DNA of 64,000 nucleotides. It comes from an uncultured Alphaproteobacteria bacterium (GTDB lineage: Bacteria > Pseudomonadota > Alphaproteobacteria > Acetobacterales > Acetobacteraceae). The stretch spans positions 2,829,101 to 2,893,100 of the forward strand of contig OY968826.1 of NCBI GenBank assembly GCA_963696195.1. Reading direction: 5' to 3'. A program made the position numbers and the translations under genes. Of this stretch, positions 18,326 through 31,525 are shown in pieces; position 1 is the first letter of the stretch; each line of letters opens with the position of its first letter. The notes beneath the pieces were generated by a model. It searched no databases, was not told the DNA's origin, and saw nothing but the letters and a program-made list of their open reading frames with translations.

Positions 18326-19117
18326 TTATACCAGCAGCGCCCCGCGCACCGCGTCAAGCTCGGCATCGCTCAGGCCGATCGCCTCGTGCAAAAACCCTTT
18401 CACCGAGCCGTGCTTGGCCTCGATGGTGGCGAACATGGTCTCGATATAGTCCCGCTCCGCATGCATCATCGGCGCCCAGATGGCTTGCTCGACGCCGTTC
18501 AGCGCATGCGAGTCGAAATCCGTCATCACGATGGCGATGTTATGCTCGAAGAAATGCTCGGTAAGCAGATAGTCCTGCACCACGGTCTCGCGCGGCACGC
18601 CCAATACGTCCAGCAGCAGCGCCGCCGCCACGCCGGTGCGGTCCTTGCCGGCGGCGCAGTGGAACAGCAGCGGCAAATCGCCCTTGGCGATGCGGCGGAA
18701 CAGTTCGGTGTAGGATTCCGCCTGCTCGTAGGCGAGGTGCTTATAGATATCGACCATCTTCTGGTGCGACGTCTCGGCGGTGGCGCCGGCGGCGGAGAGT
18801 GCCGCGATCAGATCGGCGGTGCTGCCCGTATGGTCACGTTCCCACACCTCATACCTGGCGTTTTTGGCATGGCGGGAGGGGCGGCGCTTGCGTTCGCGGT
18901 TGTCGCGCAGATCAAAGATCACGCGGATGTTCAGCGCCGCGATGAGATCATGGTCTTCATCGGTCAGGCGGGCCAAATTGGCTGAACGGAACACCTTGCC
19001 CGAGGCGACCCGCTGGCCATCGGCGGTGACGTAACCACCGATATCGCGGAAATTATGCCCCCCGGCGAGGTGCAGGATGCGTGGATCTTGAAGCGGAGAT
19101 GTCATCGTATTGGTCAT
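18326..19117 (-). CDS. Protein tyrosine/serine phosphatase (Y_phosphatase3 type)
   Basis: NFRDIGGY, FHCAAGKDRTG P-loop. Confidence 0.9.
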   Translation of the reverse strand: MTNTMTSPLQDPRILHLAGGHNFRDIGGYVTADGQRVASGKVFRSANLARLTDEDHDLIAALNIRVIFDLRDNRERKRRPSRHAKNARYEVWERDHTGSTADLIAALSAAGATAETSHQKMVDIYKHLAYEQAESYTELFRRIAKGDLPLLFHCAAGKDRTGVAAALLLDVLGVPRETVVQDYLLTEHFFEHNIAIVMTDFDSHALNGVEQAIWAPMMHAERDYIETMFATIEAKHGSVKGFLHEAIGLSDAELDAVRGALLV

Positions 19118-19433
19118 GCCATCTCCATATAGGGAACATTCGGGTTGGTTGCCATGACACGGCCCGAAGTTATGTGATGTTTTCGATATCCACGGAGGCG
19201 CCTTTCCTGGTTCGGCAAAAATGTTGCCGTGGTTTTGTCAGCGGCCGCGGTGAACCGCAATGGTGGTTGATTTCCCATGCCGCGCCGGGGGGCGGCGGGT
19301 GTTTCTGGTTCACCAGCACACAATATACTTGCACGTGGAACGGTAAGCACACCCGCCATTGCGCGCATTGACGTGGCTTCACCCCGGTCCATATTGGCGG
19401 CAGTATCGCGATCTGCTGGCAGGGAAGACTGAA

Positions 19434-20507
19434 ATGAAACAGATTATTGCCGCCGGGCTGCTCGCCTGCCTGGCGGGCGGCTTTGCCAGTGCGCAGGAAG
19501 CGCCGCCCGTCGTCGGGGTCATTACCGCCGCCAGCCAGCCGGTTTACGCGCAGCAGGACTATGTCGGGCACATCCAGTCACCGCGGATCGTCAACATACA
19601 GGCCCGCGTCACCGGCTTTCTGGAGACGCAGAATTTCACCGACGGCCAGGCGGTGAAGGCGGGCGACCTGCTCTATATTATCGAGCAACCGCCCTATCAG
19701 GCGCTGGTGGCGCAGGCGCAGGCGGCGGTCGCGCAGGCGCAGGCGCAGGCGCATGTGGCGCAGCTCACGCTGCAACGCGCGCAGGCGCTGCTGCACACCC
19801 CGGCCGGCCAGCAATCCAATGTCGACCTCGCGCTGGCCACCTATCTCTCCGACCAGGCGATGGTGCAGACCGCGCAGGCGCAGTTGCAGACCGCGCAGAT
19901 CAACCTCGGCTACACGCAAATCCGCGCGCCGATCAGCGGTGTCATCGGCGCCACCACGGTGAACGTGGGCAACGTCGTTGGCCCGCAGAGCGGCGTGCTG
20001 GCGACCATAGTAGCCGAGGACCCGATGTATGTGGATTTCTCCCTGCCCATGGCCGACGCGCTGAAATTCCGCGCTCAGGCGTCGCGGATGGACCTGCTGC
20101 TGCAACTGCCTGACGGCTCCACCTACGCGCAGACCGGCAAAGTCGATTTTATCAACAATCAGGTGACGCAGAATACCGACACGCTGGCCTGGCGCGCCAC
20201 CATCGCCAACCCCGGCCACGCGCTCACCGATGGCGAGTTCGTCACCGTCACCTTGCGCGCGCAACAGGCGCAGTCCCGGGTGGTCATCCCGCTTGCCGCC
20301 ATCATTGCCGACCAGCTTGGCGACTACGTGCTGGAAGTGGGGCCGGGCAACATTGTGACCCGCCATGACGTCACCCTGGGGCCGGAGTCCGACACCACCG
20401 CCCCCGTGCTGGCCGGCATCGCACCAGGGGATAGAATCATCACCGAGGGCATCCAGATGGTGCATCCTGGCATGAAGGTGAATCCACAGCCGGCGGCGCG
20501 GAATTAA
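19434..20507 (+). CDS. RND efflux periplasmic adaptor subunit
   Basis: IQARVTGFL, coiled hairpin, [12 protein letters not shown]; signal peptide from ATG 19434. Confidence 0.9.
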   Translation: MKQIIAAGLLACLAGGFASAQEAPPVVGVITAASQPVYAQQDYVGHIQSPRIVNIQARVTGFLETQNFTDGQAVKAGDLLYIIEQPPYQALVAQAQAAVAQAQAQAHVAQLTLQRAQALLHTPAGQQSNVDLALATYLSDQAMVQTAQAQLQTAQINLGYTQIRAPISGVIGATTVNVGNVVGPQSGVLATIVAEDPMYVDFSLPMADALKFRAQASRMDLLLQLPDGSTYAQTGKVDFINNQVTQNTDTLAWRATIANPGHALTDGEFVTVTLRAQQAQSRVVIPLAAIIADQLGDYVLEVGPGNIVTRHDVTLGPESDTTAPVLAGIAPGDRIITEGIQMVHPGMKVNPQPAARN

Positions 20508-23500
20508 TGTTCTCCGCCTTTTTCATCGACCGCCCGCGCTTTGCCATCGTCATCGCGATTATCATCACCCTTGCGGGGATGATCGCCATTACGCGCATCC
20601 CCGTCGCGCAGTTTCCCAACATCGTGCCGCCGCAGGTGCAGGTTACGGTCAACTATCCCGGCGCCTCGGCGAAAGTGGTGGAGCAGACAGTGGCCGAGCC
20701 GATCGAGGAGGCCGTTAACGGCCTCAACGACGAAATCTACATGGCCTCGACCAGCGCCAACGACGGCAGCTACGCCCTCACGGTCAGCTTCGCCGTCGGT
20801 TCGGACCCGAATATCGACACGGTGAACGTCACCAACGCGGTGCAGCAGGCGACCTCGCAACTGCCCACGCTGGTGCAGCAGGAGGGCATCACCGTGCGCA
20901 AGCGCTCCTCCGCGGTGCTGGACTTTATTTTTGTCTCTAGCCCCGGCAATCAGCTCAGCCAGCTACAGGTCTCCAACTATGTCACCCTCAACATGCTGGA
21001 CCCGCTCTCGCGCGTGCCCGGCGTCGGGCAGGCGCTGCTGTTCGGGCCGCAGAACTACTCCATGCGGGTGTATTACGACACCAACCGTCTCACCCAGCTC
21101 GGCCTCACCCCGCAGGACATCATCAACGCGCTCAACGGCCAGAACGTGCAGGCGCCGGTGGGGGCCATCGGCGTGCCGCCCAACGCCGGCACGCAGCAGT
21201 TGCAGATGACCGTGGAGGCGCAAGGCCGGCTCACCACCGCCAAGCAGTTCGGCGATATCGTGCTGCGCGCCAACCCGGACGGTTCGCTGCTACGGATAAA
21301 GGACGTGGCGCAGGTCGTGCTCGGCGCGCAGGTGCAGACGCGCATCAACAAGATCGACAATAATCTCGGTCAGTCGATCGCCATCTACCTCGCCCCCGGC
21401 GCCAACGCGCTTGCCACCTCGACGGCGGTGAACCAGGAGCTGGCCCTGCTGGCGCGGCATTTCCCGGCCTCGCTCACGGCCACGCCGGTGTTCGACACCT
21501 CCAGCTTCGTGCGCGAGACCATCCAGGAGGTTGAGCGCACCCTGGTGGCGGCGTTCCTGCTGGTGGTGCTGGTGGTGTTCCTGTTTCTCGGTGACTGGCG
21601 CGCGGCGGTCGTGCCCACGGTGGTGCTGCCCATCGCCCTCACCGGCACCTTCGCCGCTTTGCTGGCGTTCGGCTTTTCCGCCAACACCGTCACCTTGCTG
21701 GCCCTGGTGGTCGCCACCGGCATTGTGGTGGACGACGCCATTGTGGTGGTGGAAAACGTCGAGCGTGTGATGACCGAGCGGCCGGACCTCTCGCCGCGTG
21801 ATGCCACCAAGCTGGCGATGACGCAGATCACCGCGCCGATCATCGCCATCTCGCTGGTGCTGCTCTCGGTGTTCGTACCCATCGCCTTCATCCCCGGTCT
21901 TTCCGGCCTGCTGTTCCAGCAATTTGCCGTCACGGTGAGCGTCGCGATGCTGATCTCGGCCTTCAACGCGCTCACCCTATCGCCGGCGCTGTGTGCCATC
22001 CTCATCCGCCCCGGCCACCGGCCGCATGGCGTGCTGGGGCGGGTTTTGCGCGGCATCGACCTGGCGCGCGACGGCTACACCAGCGTTGTCACCCGCGGCC
22101 TGCGCAAAGCCTGGATCGGCCTGGCGGTCATCGCCGCCTTCGCGGTGGCCGCAGGTGTCATGGCGATTATCACCCCAAGCGGGTTCCTGCCCAACGAAGA
22201 CCAGGGCGCCATTTTCGCGCAGATCACTTTGCCGCCCGGCGCCTCGGTCAACCGTACCGAGGCGGTGGCCGACGGCGTGGTGAAGCAGCTGGAGGCGCTG
22301 CCGCAGGTCAGCCACGTGATGTCGGTGATAGGCATTTCCATCCTCGACGCCGCCACTGAATCCAACTCCGCGTTTTTCCTGATCCGCCTCAAACCCTTCG
22401 CCGACCGGCCGGGCGTGGCCAATAACGCCGACACCGCGATCAAACACGCCTTTGGCATCGGCAGCCAGCTGCGCGACGCCAAACTTGTCGCCTTTAACTT
22501 CCCGCCAATCTCCGGCCTCTCCATCAACGGCGGGCTGCAATACGAGCTGGAAAACACCGAAGGCGCGCCGCAGTCACAGACGCAGGCGGTCCTCAACGGC
22601 CTGCTGGTGGCCGCCGGCCAGGACAAGCGCCTGGGCCAGGTATTCTCCACTTATGACGCGCGAACGCCGGCGTTGTTCCTCAACATCGACCGCGACAAGG
22701 CAGGCGCCCTGGGCGTCAACCTCAACGACATCTACACCACCCTGCAGTCGACGCTGGGCGGCTATTACGTCAACCAGTTCAACCTGTACGGCCGCATCTG
22801 GCAGGTGAATATCCAAGGCATCGCCGCTGACCGCGTCACCCCGGAGTCGATCTACCAAAGCTACGTGCGCAGCAGCTCCGGCGCCATGGTGCCGCTGCGC
22901 GCTTTGGCCACCACCACCACTATCCTCGAACCGCCGGTTATCTCCCGCTATAACGACACCGAAGCCATCCCCGTCATAGCCAACCCGGCACCCGGCTATT
23001 CATCGGCCACCGGCATCCAGGCCATGGCTGATGTTTCCAACAAGACCCTGCCGCCAGGCTACACCTATGAATGGACCAGCACCGCCTATCTGGAAAATGC
23101 CGCCTCCGGCCAGACCGGGCCTATTTTGCTGCTCTCGGTCCTCTTCGCCTATTTGTTTCTCGTCGCGCTGTACGAAAGCTGGGTGATCCCGGTGCCGGTG
23201 CTACTCTCCATCACCATCGGCGCGTTCGGCGCGTTGTTCGGCATCTGGTCCTGCGGCCTCAACATCAACCTTTATGCCCAGATCGGCATGGTCACGCTGA
23301 TCGCCATGGCCGCGAAAAACGGCATCCTCATCGTGGAGTTCGCCAAGGAGCGCCGCGCCGAGGGCATGCCGATCGAACAAGCCGCCGCCATGGGGGCGCG
23401 CATGCGGTTCCGCGCGGTGATGATGACCTCCATCGCCTTCATCGCCGGGTTGGTCCCGCTGGTCATCGCCACCGGCGCCGCGCAGATCAGCCGCCGCTCG

Positions 23501-23638
23501 GTCGGCACCCCGGTGTTCGCGGGCATGATAGCGGCTTCACTGGTCGGGATTTTCATCATTCCGCTGCTTTATGCGGTGTTTCAGCGCCTGCGCGAGGCCA
23601 CGGCGACGCGGCGGGCCAACCGGAAAAACCGGCACTAA
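20507..23638 (+). CDS. RND efflux permease (HAE1, AcrB-like)
   Basis: [38 protein letters not shown]; 1043 aa. Confidence 0.95.
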   Translation: MFSAFFIDRPRFAIVIAIIITLAGMIAITRIPVAQFPNIVPPQVQVTVNYPGASAKVVEQTVAEPIEEAVNGLNDEIYMASTSANDGSYALTVSFAVGSDPNIDTVNVTNAVQQATSQLPTLVQQEGITVRKRSSAVLDFIFVSSPGNQLSQLQVSNYVTLNMLDPLSRVPGVGQALLFGPQNYSMRVYYDTNRLTQLGLTPQDIINALNGQNVQAPVGAIGVPPNAGTQQLQMTVEAQGRLTTAKQFGDIVLRANPDGSLLRIKDVAQVVLGAQVQTRINKIDNNLGQSIAIYLAPGANALATSTAVNQELALLARHFPASLTATPVFDTSSFVRETIQEVERTLVAAFLLVVLVVFLFLGDWRAAVVPTVVLPIALTGTFAALLAFGFSANTVTLLALVVATGIVVDDAIVVVENVERVMTERPDLSPRDATKLAMTQITAPIIAISLVLLSVFVPIAFIPGLSGLLFQQFAVTVSVAMLISAFNALTLSPALCAILIRPGHRPHGVLGRVLRGIDLARDGYTSVVTRGLRKAWIGLAVIAAFAVAAGVMAIITPSGFLPNEDQGAIFAQITLPPGASVNRTEAVADGVVKQLEALPQVSHVMSVIGISILDAATESNSAFFLIRLKPFADRPGVANNADTAIKHAFGIGSQLRDAKLVAFNFPPISGLSINGGLQYELENTEGAPQSQTQAVLNGLLVAAGQDKRLGQVFSTYDARTPALFLNIDRDKAGALGVNLNDIYTTLQSTLGGYYVNQFNLYGRIWQVNIQGIAADRVTPESIYQSYVRSSSGAMVPLRALATTTTILEPPVISRYNDTEAIPVIANPAPGYSSATGIQAMADVSNKTLPPGYTYEWTSTAYLENAASGQTGPILLLSVLFAYLFLVALYESWVIPVPVLLSITIGAFGALFGIWSCGLNINLYAQIGMVTLIAMAAKNGILIVEFAKERRAEGMPIEQAAAMGARMRFRAVMMTSIAFIAGLVPLVIATGAAQISRRSVGTPVFAGMIAASLVGIFIIPLLYAVFQRLREATATRRANRKNRH

Positions 23639-23763
23639 CAAGGGTCTCCACGCGATAATTACCTAAAATACGAATTTTACGTAATATCATTGCGCCAAAT
23701 AGACCTCTGTCATGCTTTTCTGTCCGGCCCGGCAAGGGTGACAGGTGCAAAAAAACGTAATAG

Positions 23764-25238
<1,475 letters not shown>

Positions 25239-25312
25239 TGGAATTTAACGAAAAATTTTGACTCGCGCCGCGCTCATGCTAGGTGCGCCGCAGTTATATG
25301 GAGACCCAAGAC

Positions 25313-26269
25313 ATGGCGGTTCACGCCTTTATTTTCCCCGGACAAGGCAGCCAGGCAGTCGGCATGGGCCGCGATCTGGCGGCGGCTTTTGCTCCGGCGC
25401 GCGCGGTTTTCGAGGAAGTTGACGAGGTTTTGAAGCAGAAGCTTTCGAATCTGATGTTCGAAGGGCCGATCGAGGAACTGACCCTCACCGAGAACGCGCA
25501 GCCCGCGCTGATGGCCGTCTCGCTCGCAGTGCTGCGGGTGTTGCAGGCCGAAGGCGGCATCGCGATCAAGGAAAAAATCGCTCTGGTCGCCGGGCATTCG
25601 CTGGGTGAATACAGCGCCCTGGCGGCCGCCGAGTCGTTTTCCATTGCTGACACCGCCCGGCTTCTGAAGCTGCGCGGCCAGGCCATGCAGCGCGCCGTGC
25701 CGGCGGGGCAGGGGGCGATGGCCGCCCTGCTCGGCGTGGAAATGGACGTGGCGCGCGAAATCTGCGCCGAAGCTGAGTTAGGCCCGAACGGCCGTGAAAT
25801 CATCGCCTGCGCCAACGATAACGGCGGCGGCCAGGTGGTCATCTCCGGCCACAAGGGCGCGGTCGAACGCGCCATCGAAATCGCCAAAACCAAGGGCGTG
25901 AAGCGAGCCATGCTGCTGCCGGTCTCCGCCCCGTTCCATTGCGCGCTGATGGCCCCGGCCGCCGACGCCATGGCCGAAGCCTTCGCCAACACCCCGCCGC
26001 GCGCCCCGCTGGTGCCGCTGGTGGCCAATGTGAGTGCCGCCAAAGCCACCGACCCCAACCTGATCCGCGACCTGCTGGTGCAACAGGTGACCGCCACCGT
26101 GCGCTGGCGCGAAAGCGTGCAGGAAATGGCGGCCCTGGGCGTGGACAGCTTCATCGAGCTTGGCACCGGCAAGGTCCTGGCCGGGCTGGTCAAGCGCATC
26201 GCCCCGGACGCCGCCACCGCCTCCGCCGGTTCGCCGGCCGACATCGAAGCCCTGCTGAAAGTTCTGTGA
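25313..26269 (+). CDS. fabD: Malonyl-CoA:ACP transacylase
   Basis: FPGQGSQ, GHSLGEY, LPVSAPFH. Confidence 0.96.
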   Translation: MAVHAFIFPGQGSQAVGMGRDLAAAFAPARAVFEEVDEVLKQKLSNLMFEGPIEELTLTENAQPALMAVSLAVLRVLQAEGGIAIKEKIALVAGHSLGEYSALAAAESFSIADTARLLKLRGQAMQRAVPAGQGAMAALLGVEMDVAREICAEAELGPNGREIIACANDNGGGQVVISGHKGAVERAIEIAKTKGVKRAMLLPVSAPFHCALMAPAADAMAEAFANTPPRAPLVPLVANVSAAKATDPNLIRDLLVQQVTATVRWRESVQEMAALGVDSFIELGTGKVLAGLVKRIAPDAATASAGSPADIEALLKVL

Positions 26270-27006
26270 TGTTTGATTTGACGGGAAAAACCGCGCTGGT
26301 AACCGGCGCTTCCGGTGGCATCGGCGCTGAAATCGCCCGCGCCTTGCATAAACAAGGCGCCGTCGTCGCCCTCTCCGGCACGCGGCGCGAGGCGCTGGAC
26401 ACGCTGGCGGCGGAACTCGCCGAACGCGTGCATGTGCTTCCCGCCGATCTGTCGCAGCCGGAAGCCGCGTTGGAACTGATCAATGCCGCCGAGGCCGCGA
26501 TGGGCAAGGTGGATATCCTGGTCAACAACGCCGGGCTGACCAAGGACGGTCTGGCCATGCGCATGTCCGACGCCGACTGGGAAAAAGTGCTCAACGTCGA
26601 CTTGGCGGCGCCGTTCCGCTTAATTCGCGCGTCGTTAAAGTTCATGCTCCGCCGCAAGGCCGGGCGCATTATCAACATTGGCTCCGTGGTCGGCAGCACC
26701 GGCAATGCCGGTCAGGCTAACTACGCCTCGGCCAAGGCTGGCCTCATCGGTCTGACCAAGGCCCTGGCGCAGGAAGTCGCCTCGCGCGGCATCACGGTGA
26801 ACCTCGTCGCCCCCGGCTTCATCGCCACGCCGATGACCGATGTGCTCAGCAACTCGCAGCGCGCCGACCTCGCCACCAAAATTCCGCTTGGCCGCCTCGG
26901 CGCTCCCGGTGACATCGCGGCCGCCGTGGTCTATCTGGCGGCCGATGAGGCCGGCTGGGTCACCGGCGCCACCCTGCATGTAAACGGCGGGATGGCCATG
27001 CTCTGA
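26269..27006 (+). CDS. fabG: 3-oxoacyl-ACP reductase
   Basis: TGASGGIG, VNNAG, YASAK; ATG overlaps fabD stop. Confidence 0.95.
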   Translation: MFDLTGKTALVTGASGGIGAEIARALHKQGAVVALSGTRREALDTLAAELAERVHVLPADLSQPEAALELINAAEAAMGKVDILVNNAGLTKDGLAMRMSDADWEKVLNVDLAAPFRLIRASLKFMLRRKAGRIINIGSVVGSTGNAGQANYASAKAGLIGLTKALAQEVASRGITVNLVAPGFIATPMTDVLSNSQRADLATKIPLGRLGAPGDIAAAVVYLAADEAGWVTGATLHVNGGMAML

Positions 27007-27200
27007 ACGATTCAGGGAGGCGGATTCACGTTTGCGATTCCCGCCCAAAAGGCGGTAACCGCAAACGATCCGGCTCCAGTTGGCGCGGCGCAATAAACCG
27101 TGCTAAGCGCCGCGACGTCTAAAGATTACCTAAATTGTCTCCCGCGGCGCCGGCTAGCGCCAAAGGTCTCCACGAAACCAGATGTAGGAAAGTGAATTAC

Positions 27201-27440
27201 ATGAGCGAAATCGCCGACAAGGTTAAGAAAATTGTTGTCGAGCATCTCGGCGTTGACGAGGGCAAAGTGACAACGGAAGCCTCTTTCATCGATGACCTTG
27301 GCGCTGACTCGCTGGACACCGTGGAGCTGGTGATGGCGTTCGAAGAGGCTTTTGGCGTGGAAATCCCGGAAGACGCCGCTGAAAAGATCACCACGGTCAA
27401 AGACGCGATCGAATACATCGAAAAGCAGAAAGCCGAATAA
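27201..27440 (+). CDS. acpP: Acyl carrier protein
   Basis: [12 protein letters not shown] phosphopantetheine site. Confidence 0.97.
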   Translation: MSEIADKVKKIVVEHLGVDEGKVTTEASFIDDLGADSLDTVELVMAFEEAFGVEIPEDAAEKITTVKDAIEYIEKQKAE

Positions 27441-27477
27441 TCAGGCTGACTGAACGATAGCCGTTCGAGGAGTTCGC

Positions 27478-28740
27478 ATGCGCCGTGTTGTCGTAACAGG
27501 GATGGGTATCGCCAGCCCGCTTGGGGTTGGCGTTGAACATGTTTGGAAAAGACTGATCAACGGGGAATCCGGGATCAGTGTCATCCAATCGTTCGACACC
27601 ACGGAGCTGACGGCTAAAATCGCCGGCCAGGTTCCGGCGGGAACATCCGCCGAGGGCGGTTTGGACCTGTCGGAATGGATTGCCATCAAAGAGCTGAAAA
27701 AGATGGATCGTTTCATCCATCTCGGCATCGCGGCGGCGAGCATGGCCATCGAGGATTCCGGCTGGATTCCGCGGACCGAGGAAGAAAAATACGTCAGCGG
27801 CGTCATGATCGGCTCGGGGATCGGCGGCTTGCAGGCGATTTATGAGGCCGCGGTTCTGGTGCACGAGGGCAAGGCCCGGCGCCTGTCGCCGTTCTTCATC
27901 CCCTCGGCGCTCATCAATCTGGTCTCGGGCCAGGTCTCCATCAAATACGGCCTCAAAGGCCCGAACCATTCAGTCGTCACGGCCTGCGCCACCGGCGTGC
28001 ATGCCATTGGCGACGCGGCACGGCTGATCGTCTTCGGCGACGCCGATGTCATGGTCGCCGGTGGCGCGGAATCCACGGTTAACCCGCTCGGTATTGCCGG
28101 GTTCTGCGCGGCTCGTGCGCTCTCCACCGGTTTTAACGACCGCCCCACCGAAGCCTCCCGCGCCTGGGACAAAGACCGTGACGGCTTCGTCATGGGCGAA
28201 GGCTCCGGCGTGGTCGTGCTCGAGGAATACGAGCATGCCAAAGCCCGCGGCGCGAAAATCTACGCCGAAGTCGCAGGCTACGGCATGTCCGGCGACGCGC
28301 ACCACATTACCGCCCCGGCGGAACACCACGACGGCGCCTTCCGCGCCATGAAAGCCGCGTTCAAAAACAGCGGCCTCTCGCCCGAGGACGTGCAATACGT
28401 CAACGCGCACGGCACTTCCACGCCGATGGGCGACGATCTGGAGCTGGAAGCCGTGGAAAACATGTTCGGCGACGCCGCTAAAGGCCTCGCCATGTCCTCG
28501 ACCAAAACCGCCACCGGGCATCTGCTCGGCGCCGCGGGCGCCATCGAGGCGATTTTCAGCATCCTCGCCATCCGCGACGGCATCGTGCCGCCGACGCTGA
28601 ACCTGCATGAGCCAAGCCGCGCGAGCATCATCGACCGCGTGGCGTTGAAGGCGCAGGAACGCAAGGTCAACGTCGCGCTGTCCAACAGCTTCGGTTTCGG
28701 CGGCACCAACGCCTCTATCCTGTTCAAACGGGCGCCCTGA
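27478..28740 (+). CDS. fabF: Beta-ketoacyl-ACP synthase II
   Basis: VTACATG, NAHGTST, GHLLGAAG, SNSFGFGG. Confidence 0.96.
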   Translation: MRRVVVTGMGIASPLGVGVEHVWKRLINGESGISVIQSFDTTELTAKIAGQVPAGTSAEGGLDLSEWIAIKELKKMDRFIHLGIAAASMAIEDSGWIPRTEEEKYVSGVMIGSGIGGLQAIYEAAVLVHEGKARRLSPFFIPSALINLVSGQVSIKYGLKGPNHSVVTACATGVHAIGDAARLIVFGDADVMVAGGAESTVNPLGIAGFCAARALSTGFNDRPTEASRAWDKDRDGFVMGEGSGVVVLEEYEHAKARGAKIYAEVAGYGMSGDAHHITAPAEHHDGAFRAMKAAFKNSGLSPEDVQYVNAHGTSTPMGDDLELEAVENMFGDAAKGLAMSSTKTATGHLLGAAGAIEAIFSILAIRDGIVPPTLNLHEPSRASIIDRVALKAQERKVNVALSNSFGFGGTNASILFKRAP

Positions 28741-28771
28741 CGCAGTTTCGGCGCCTTAACGCGGTGCAGCC

Positions 28772-29749
28772 ATGGATGTAAAAAAGCTTAGCGCCGGGGA
28801 TAAGATCGGCATCGCGCTGCTTGCGTTGCTGGTGCTGTTTCGCCTTGCCGTCATGCTGGCCGAGCGTATTGTCCAGGCCCCCGGCCCCCTGCCAGTCTCC
28901 GCCGCCCTGGTCATCCCCGAGGGTGATTCGATCGCCGTCATGGAAGTGCTGCGCCGGGACGGCGTCATCGACCACCCTGGCGTCTTCCTCGCGGCGGCTT
29001 ACTTCACGCGCGGCCAAGGCCCGCTCCACGCCGCCGAGCTGTTTTTTCCAGCCTACGCCAGCATCGCGGATATTCTGGGCATCCTGCGCTACGGCGTTCC
29101 CGTGCAGCACCATGTCACCATCCCCGAAGGCCTGACCGGGACGGAAATTGCGAAAATTCTCAACGCAGCCCCGGCCGCCAGCGGCAGCGTGCCCGCGCCG
29201 GCCGAAGGCTCCGTGCTGCCGCAAACTTATGACTTCACATTGGGCACCAAACGCGAAGCCATCCTGCAGCGGGCGCAAAAAGCCATGCAGACGGGCCTGG
29301 ATGCTGCCTGGGCGCAACGTGCCCCCGCAGTGCCGCTGCAATCGGAGCAACAGGCGCTCGTCCTCGCTTCCATCGTGCAGCAGGAAACCCCTTTACCGGC
29401 GGAACTACCGCAAATTGCCGCCGTGTACGAAAACCGGCTGGCCATCGGCATGAAACTCCAGGCCGACCCAACCGTCATCTATGCCGCCAGCAATGGTGCA
29501 ACCTCCGGCGGCCAGCCAATCAGCCGCGCCGACCTTGCCAACCCCTCAGCCTATAACACCTATGCCCACCCGGGCCTGCCGCCCGGCCCGATCTGCGCGC
29601 CTGGGTTGGCGGCCATCCAGGCCGTGCTGCACCCAGCCCCCATCAAAGCCATCTACTTCGTCGCCACTGGCACCGGCGGGCATGTGTTCGCGGATAATTT
29701 TACGGCCCAACTGCGCAATATTGCTGCCTACCGGGACGCAAAAAAATAA
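28772..29749 (+). CDS. mltG: Endolytic transglycosylase MltG (YceG)
   Basis: TIPEG, LASIVQQE, LQADPT, YNTY..GLPPGPI. Confidence 0.92.
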   Translation: MDVKKLSAGDKIGIALLALLVLFRLAVMLAERIVQAPGPLPVSAALVIPEGDSIAVMEVLRRDGVIDHPGVFLAAAYFTRGQGPLHAAELFFPAYASIADILGILRYGVPVQHHVTIPEGLTGTEIAKILNAAPAASGSVPAPAEGSVLPQTYDFTLGTKREAILQRAQKAMQTGLDAAWAQRAPAVPLQSEQQALVLASIVQQETPLPAELPQIAAVYENRLAIGMKLQADPTVIYAASNGATSGGQPISRADLANPSAYNTYAHPGLPPGPICAPGLAAIQAVLHPAPIKAIYFVATGTGGHVFADNFTAQLRNIAAYRDAKK

Positions 29750-29837
29750 CTCCAAAGCGCAGCGCGCCTTGGAGTTACCTTGAAAATCGTAGCCGGGAAA
29801 ACCGTATCCAACCGCCCGGCTGCCGCCGGGCCGCCGG

Positions 29838-30065
29838 CTAGCCCTTGCGGGTGCCGATGCTGGCGAAGCGCTTGTTGAACTTGGCGACCTGGCCGCCGGT
29901 GTCCATCACGCGCTGCACACCGGTCCACGCCGGGTGGGATTTCGGGTCGATATCCAGGCGCAGCGTATCGCCGGCCTTGCCCATGCAGGACATGGTCTTG
30001 AATTCCGTACCATCGGTCATGATGATGTTGATCTCGTGGTATTCCGGATGAATATTGGCTTTCAC
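29838..30065 (-). CDS. rpmE: 50S ribosomal protein L31 (non-zinc type)
   Basis: [32 protein letters not shown]; GTG start. Confidence 0.95.
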   Translation of the reverse strand: MKANIHPEYHEINIIMTDGTEFKTMSCMGKAGDTLRLDIDPKSHPAWTGVQRVMDTGGQVAKFNKRFASIGTRKG

Positions 30066-30437
30066 CGTGTGCGCTCCATGGGTATTGCGCCGCCGATCCC
30101 GACCGGCAGCATTGAATTGAAGCGCCGCCTTTACGCGCCAGCAGCCCCGGACGCAAGGGCAGCCTTGCCAAAAGCCGCGGCCTGATCGAGCGCCTGGCGG
30201 GCTTCGGGCGCAACACGCCTTGAAGCCGCGCACGGCATAAGCCCCCGTGTGGCACCGGCGGGTGGTGGTTGAAGGCCTTGCGTGCGTAATGCGCGGTGGC
30301 GGCAGGCCAGATGCGCCAGTGCATCGGTTGCGCGGGTTAAGTAAATATTTGATGTGGGCGGGGGTAATAGAGTAGCGGCGGGTTTTGGTAATTGGCCTAA
30401 CGATAGGGTGGCCTGACCGTAATTAAGGAGATGGGCA

Positions 30438-30794
30438 GTGCTGATTCGGGGATTGGTCATACTGCTGCTGTGCCAGCTGGCCGGCACGGTGATAGCGGCG
30501 GCAACTGGCCTGCCGGTGCCTGGCCCCGTGCTCGGGCTGGTGATGCTGCTCGCCTACCTGGTCAAAACCGGCGGCCCCTCGGCGCATGTGCGGGATACCT
30601 CGCAGGGCCTGCTTAAGTATTTCGGCGTGCTGTTTGTCCCCGCCGGGGTGGGCGTGGTGACCGAGTTGCAGGATCTGCGGCAGAACGCGCTGGCCATCGC
30701 CATTGCCATTCCGGTGTCCACGTTGCTCGGGCTGGTGGTCACGGGCATGCTGATGCAGTGGTTTGTCAGCCGCCGGAGTGCCGCTGATGCATAG
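30438..30794 (+). CDS. CidA/LrgA family holin-like protein
   Basis: LPVPGPVLGL, LFVPAGVGV. Confidence 0.9.
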   Translation: MLIRGLVILLLCQLAGTVIAAATGLPVPGPVLGLVMLLAYLVKTGGPSAHVRDTSQGLLKYFGVLFVPAGVGVVTELQDLRQNALAIAIAIPVSTLLGLVVTGMLMQWFVSRRSAADA

Positions 30795-31518
30795 TATTCT
30801 GCCGCTCCCGTTGTTCCATGTCTGGGCGTATTTGCAGACCCAGCCGCTGCTGGGCCTCACCGCCACGCTCTGCGTGTGGGAAATTGCCAATTTCATCGAT
30901 GAGCGGGCGGGGCGCACGGCGCTGACCAACCCGACCGTGGTTTCCATCGTCATCCTGGCGGTGCTGCTGCTTACCCGCACCAGCTACCAGAGCTATTTCG
31001 CCGGCGCGGTGTATATCCACTTTTTGCTGGGGCCGGCCACCGTCGCGCTGGCGGTGCCGATGTACGCCAACTGGCCGGCGATCCGTGAGAATTTTCTCGC
31101 CATTTTTGTCTCGCTCACCACCGGCTCCATCATCACGGCGGCTTCGGCGATGCTGATTGCCCGTGCGCTTGGCGCGCCGAAAGTGGTGGTGATTTCGCTC
31201 GGCCCCAAATCGGTGACAACGCCGATCGCCATGGGCATCGCGCAGAACCTCGGCGGGCAGCCCTCGTTGACGGCGGTGTTTGTCATGGTCACGGCGATGT
31301 TCGGCACTTTGGTTTGTTCCGGCATGTTCCGCCTGACGCGGGTGCGCGACTGGCGCGCGCGCGGGCTGGCGGCGGGCACGGTGGCGCACGGGCTGGCAAC
31401 CTCGCGCATGCTGCTGCTCAATGAGACGGCGGGGGCTTTCGGCGGGCTGGCGATCGGGCTGAACGGCATCGTCACCTCGCTGGCGCTGCCGTTGCTGGTG
31501 TCGATTTTCGGGTTTTAG
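30787..31518 (+). CDS. LrgB/CidB family protein
   Basis: LLGPATVALAVP, PKSVTTPIAM, AHGLAT. Confidence 0.9.
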   Translation: MHSILPLPLFHVWAYLQTQPLLGLTATLCVWEIANFIDERAGRTALTNPTVVSIVILAVLLLTRTSYQSYFAGAVYIHFLLGPATVALAVPMYANWPAIRENFLAIFVSLTTGSIITAASAMLIARALGAPKVVVISLGPKSVTTPIAMGIAQNLGGQPSLTAVFVMVTAMFGTLVCSGMFRLTRVRDWRARGLAAGTVAHGLATSRMLLLNETAGAFGGLAIGLNGIVTSLALPLLVSIFGF

Positions 31519-31525
31519 AGGGGGG

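Noticed and set aside
19700-19900. GCGCAG tandem-like repeats
   Set aside because: Encode the ordinary Ala/Gln coiled hairpin of the RND adaptor.
19434-23638. RND pump without outer-membrane factor or regulator
   Set aside because: Common; TolC-type channels are often shared from another locus.
30131-30487. 118-aa ORF upstream of rpmE, considered as RcdA/DUF1465
   Set aside because: No recognisable motif, overlaps cidA start; cannot support it as a gene.
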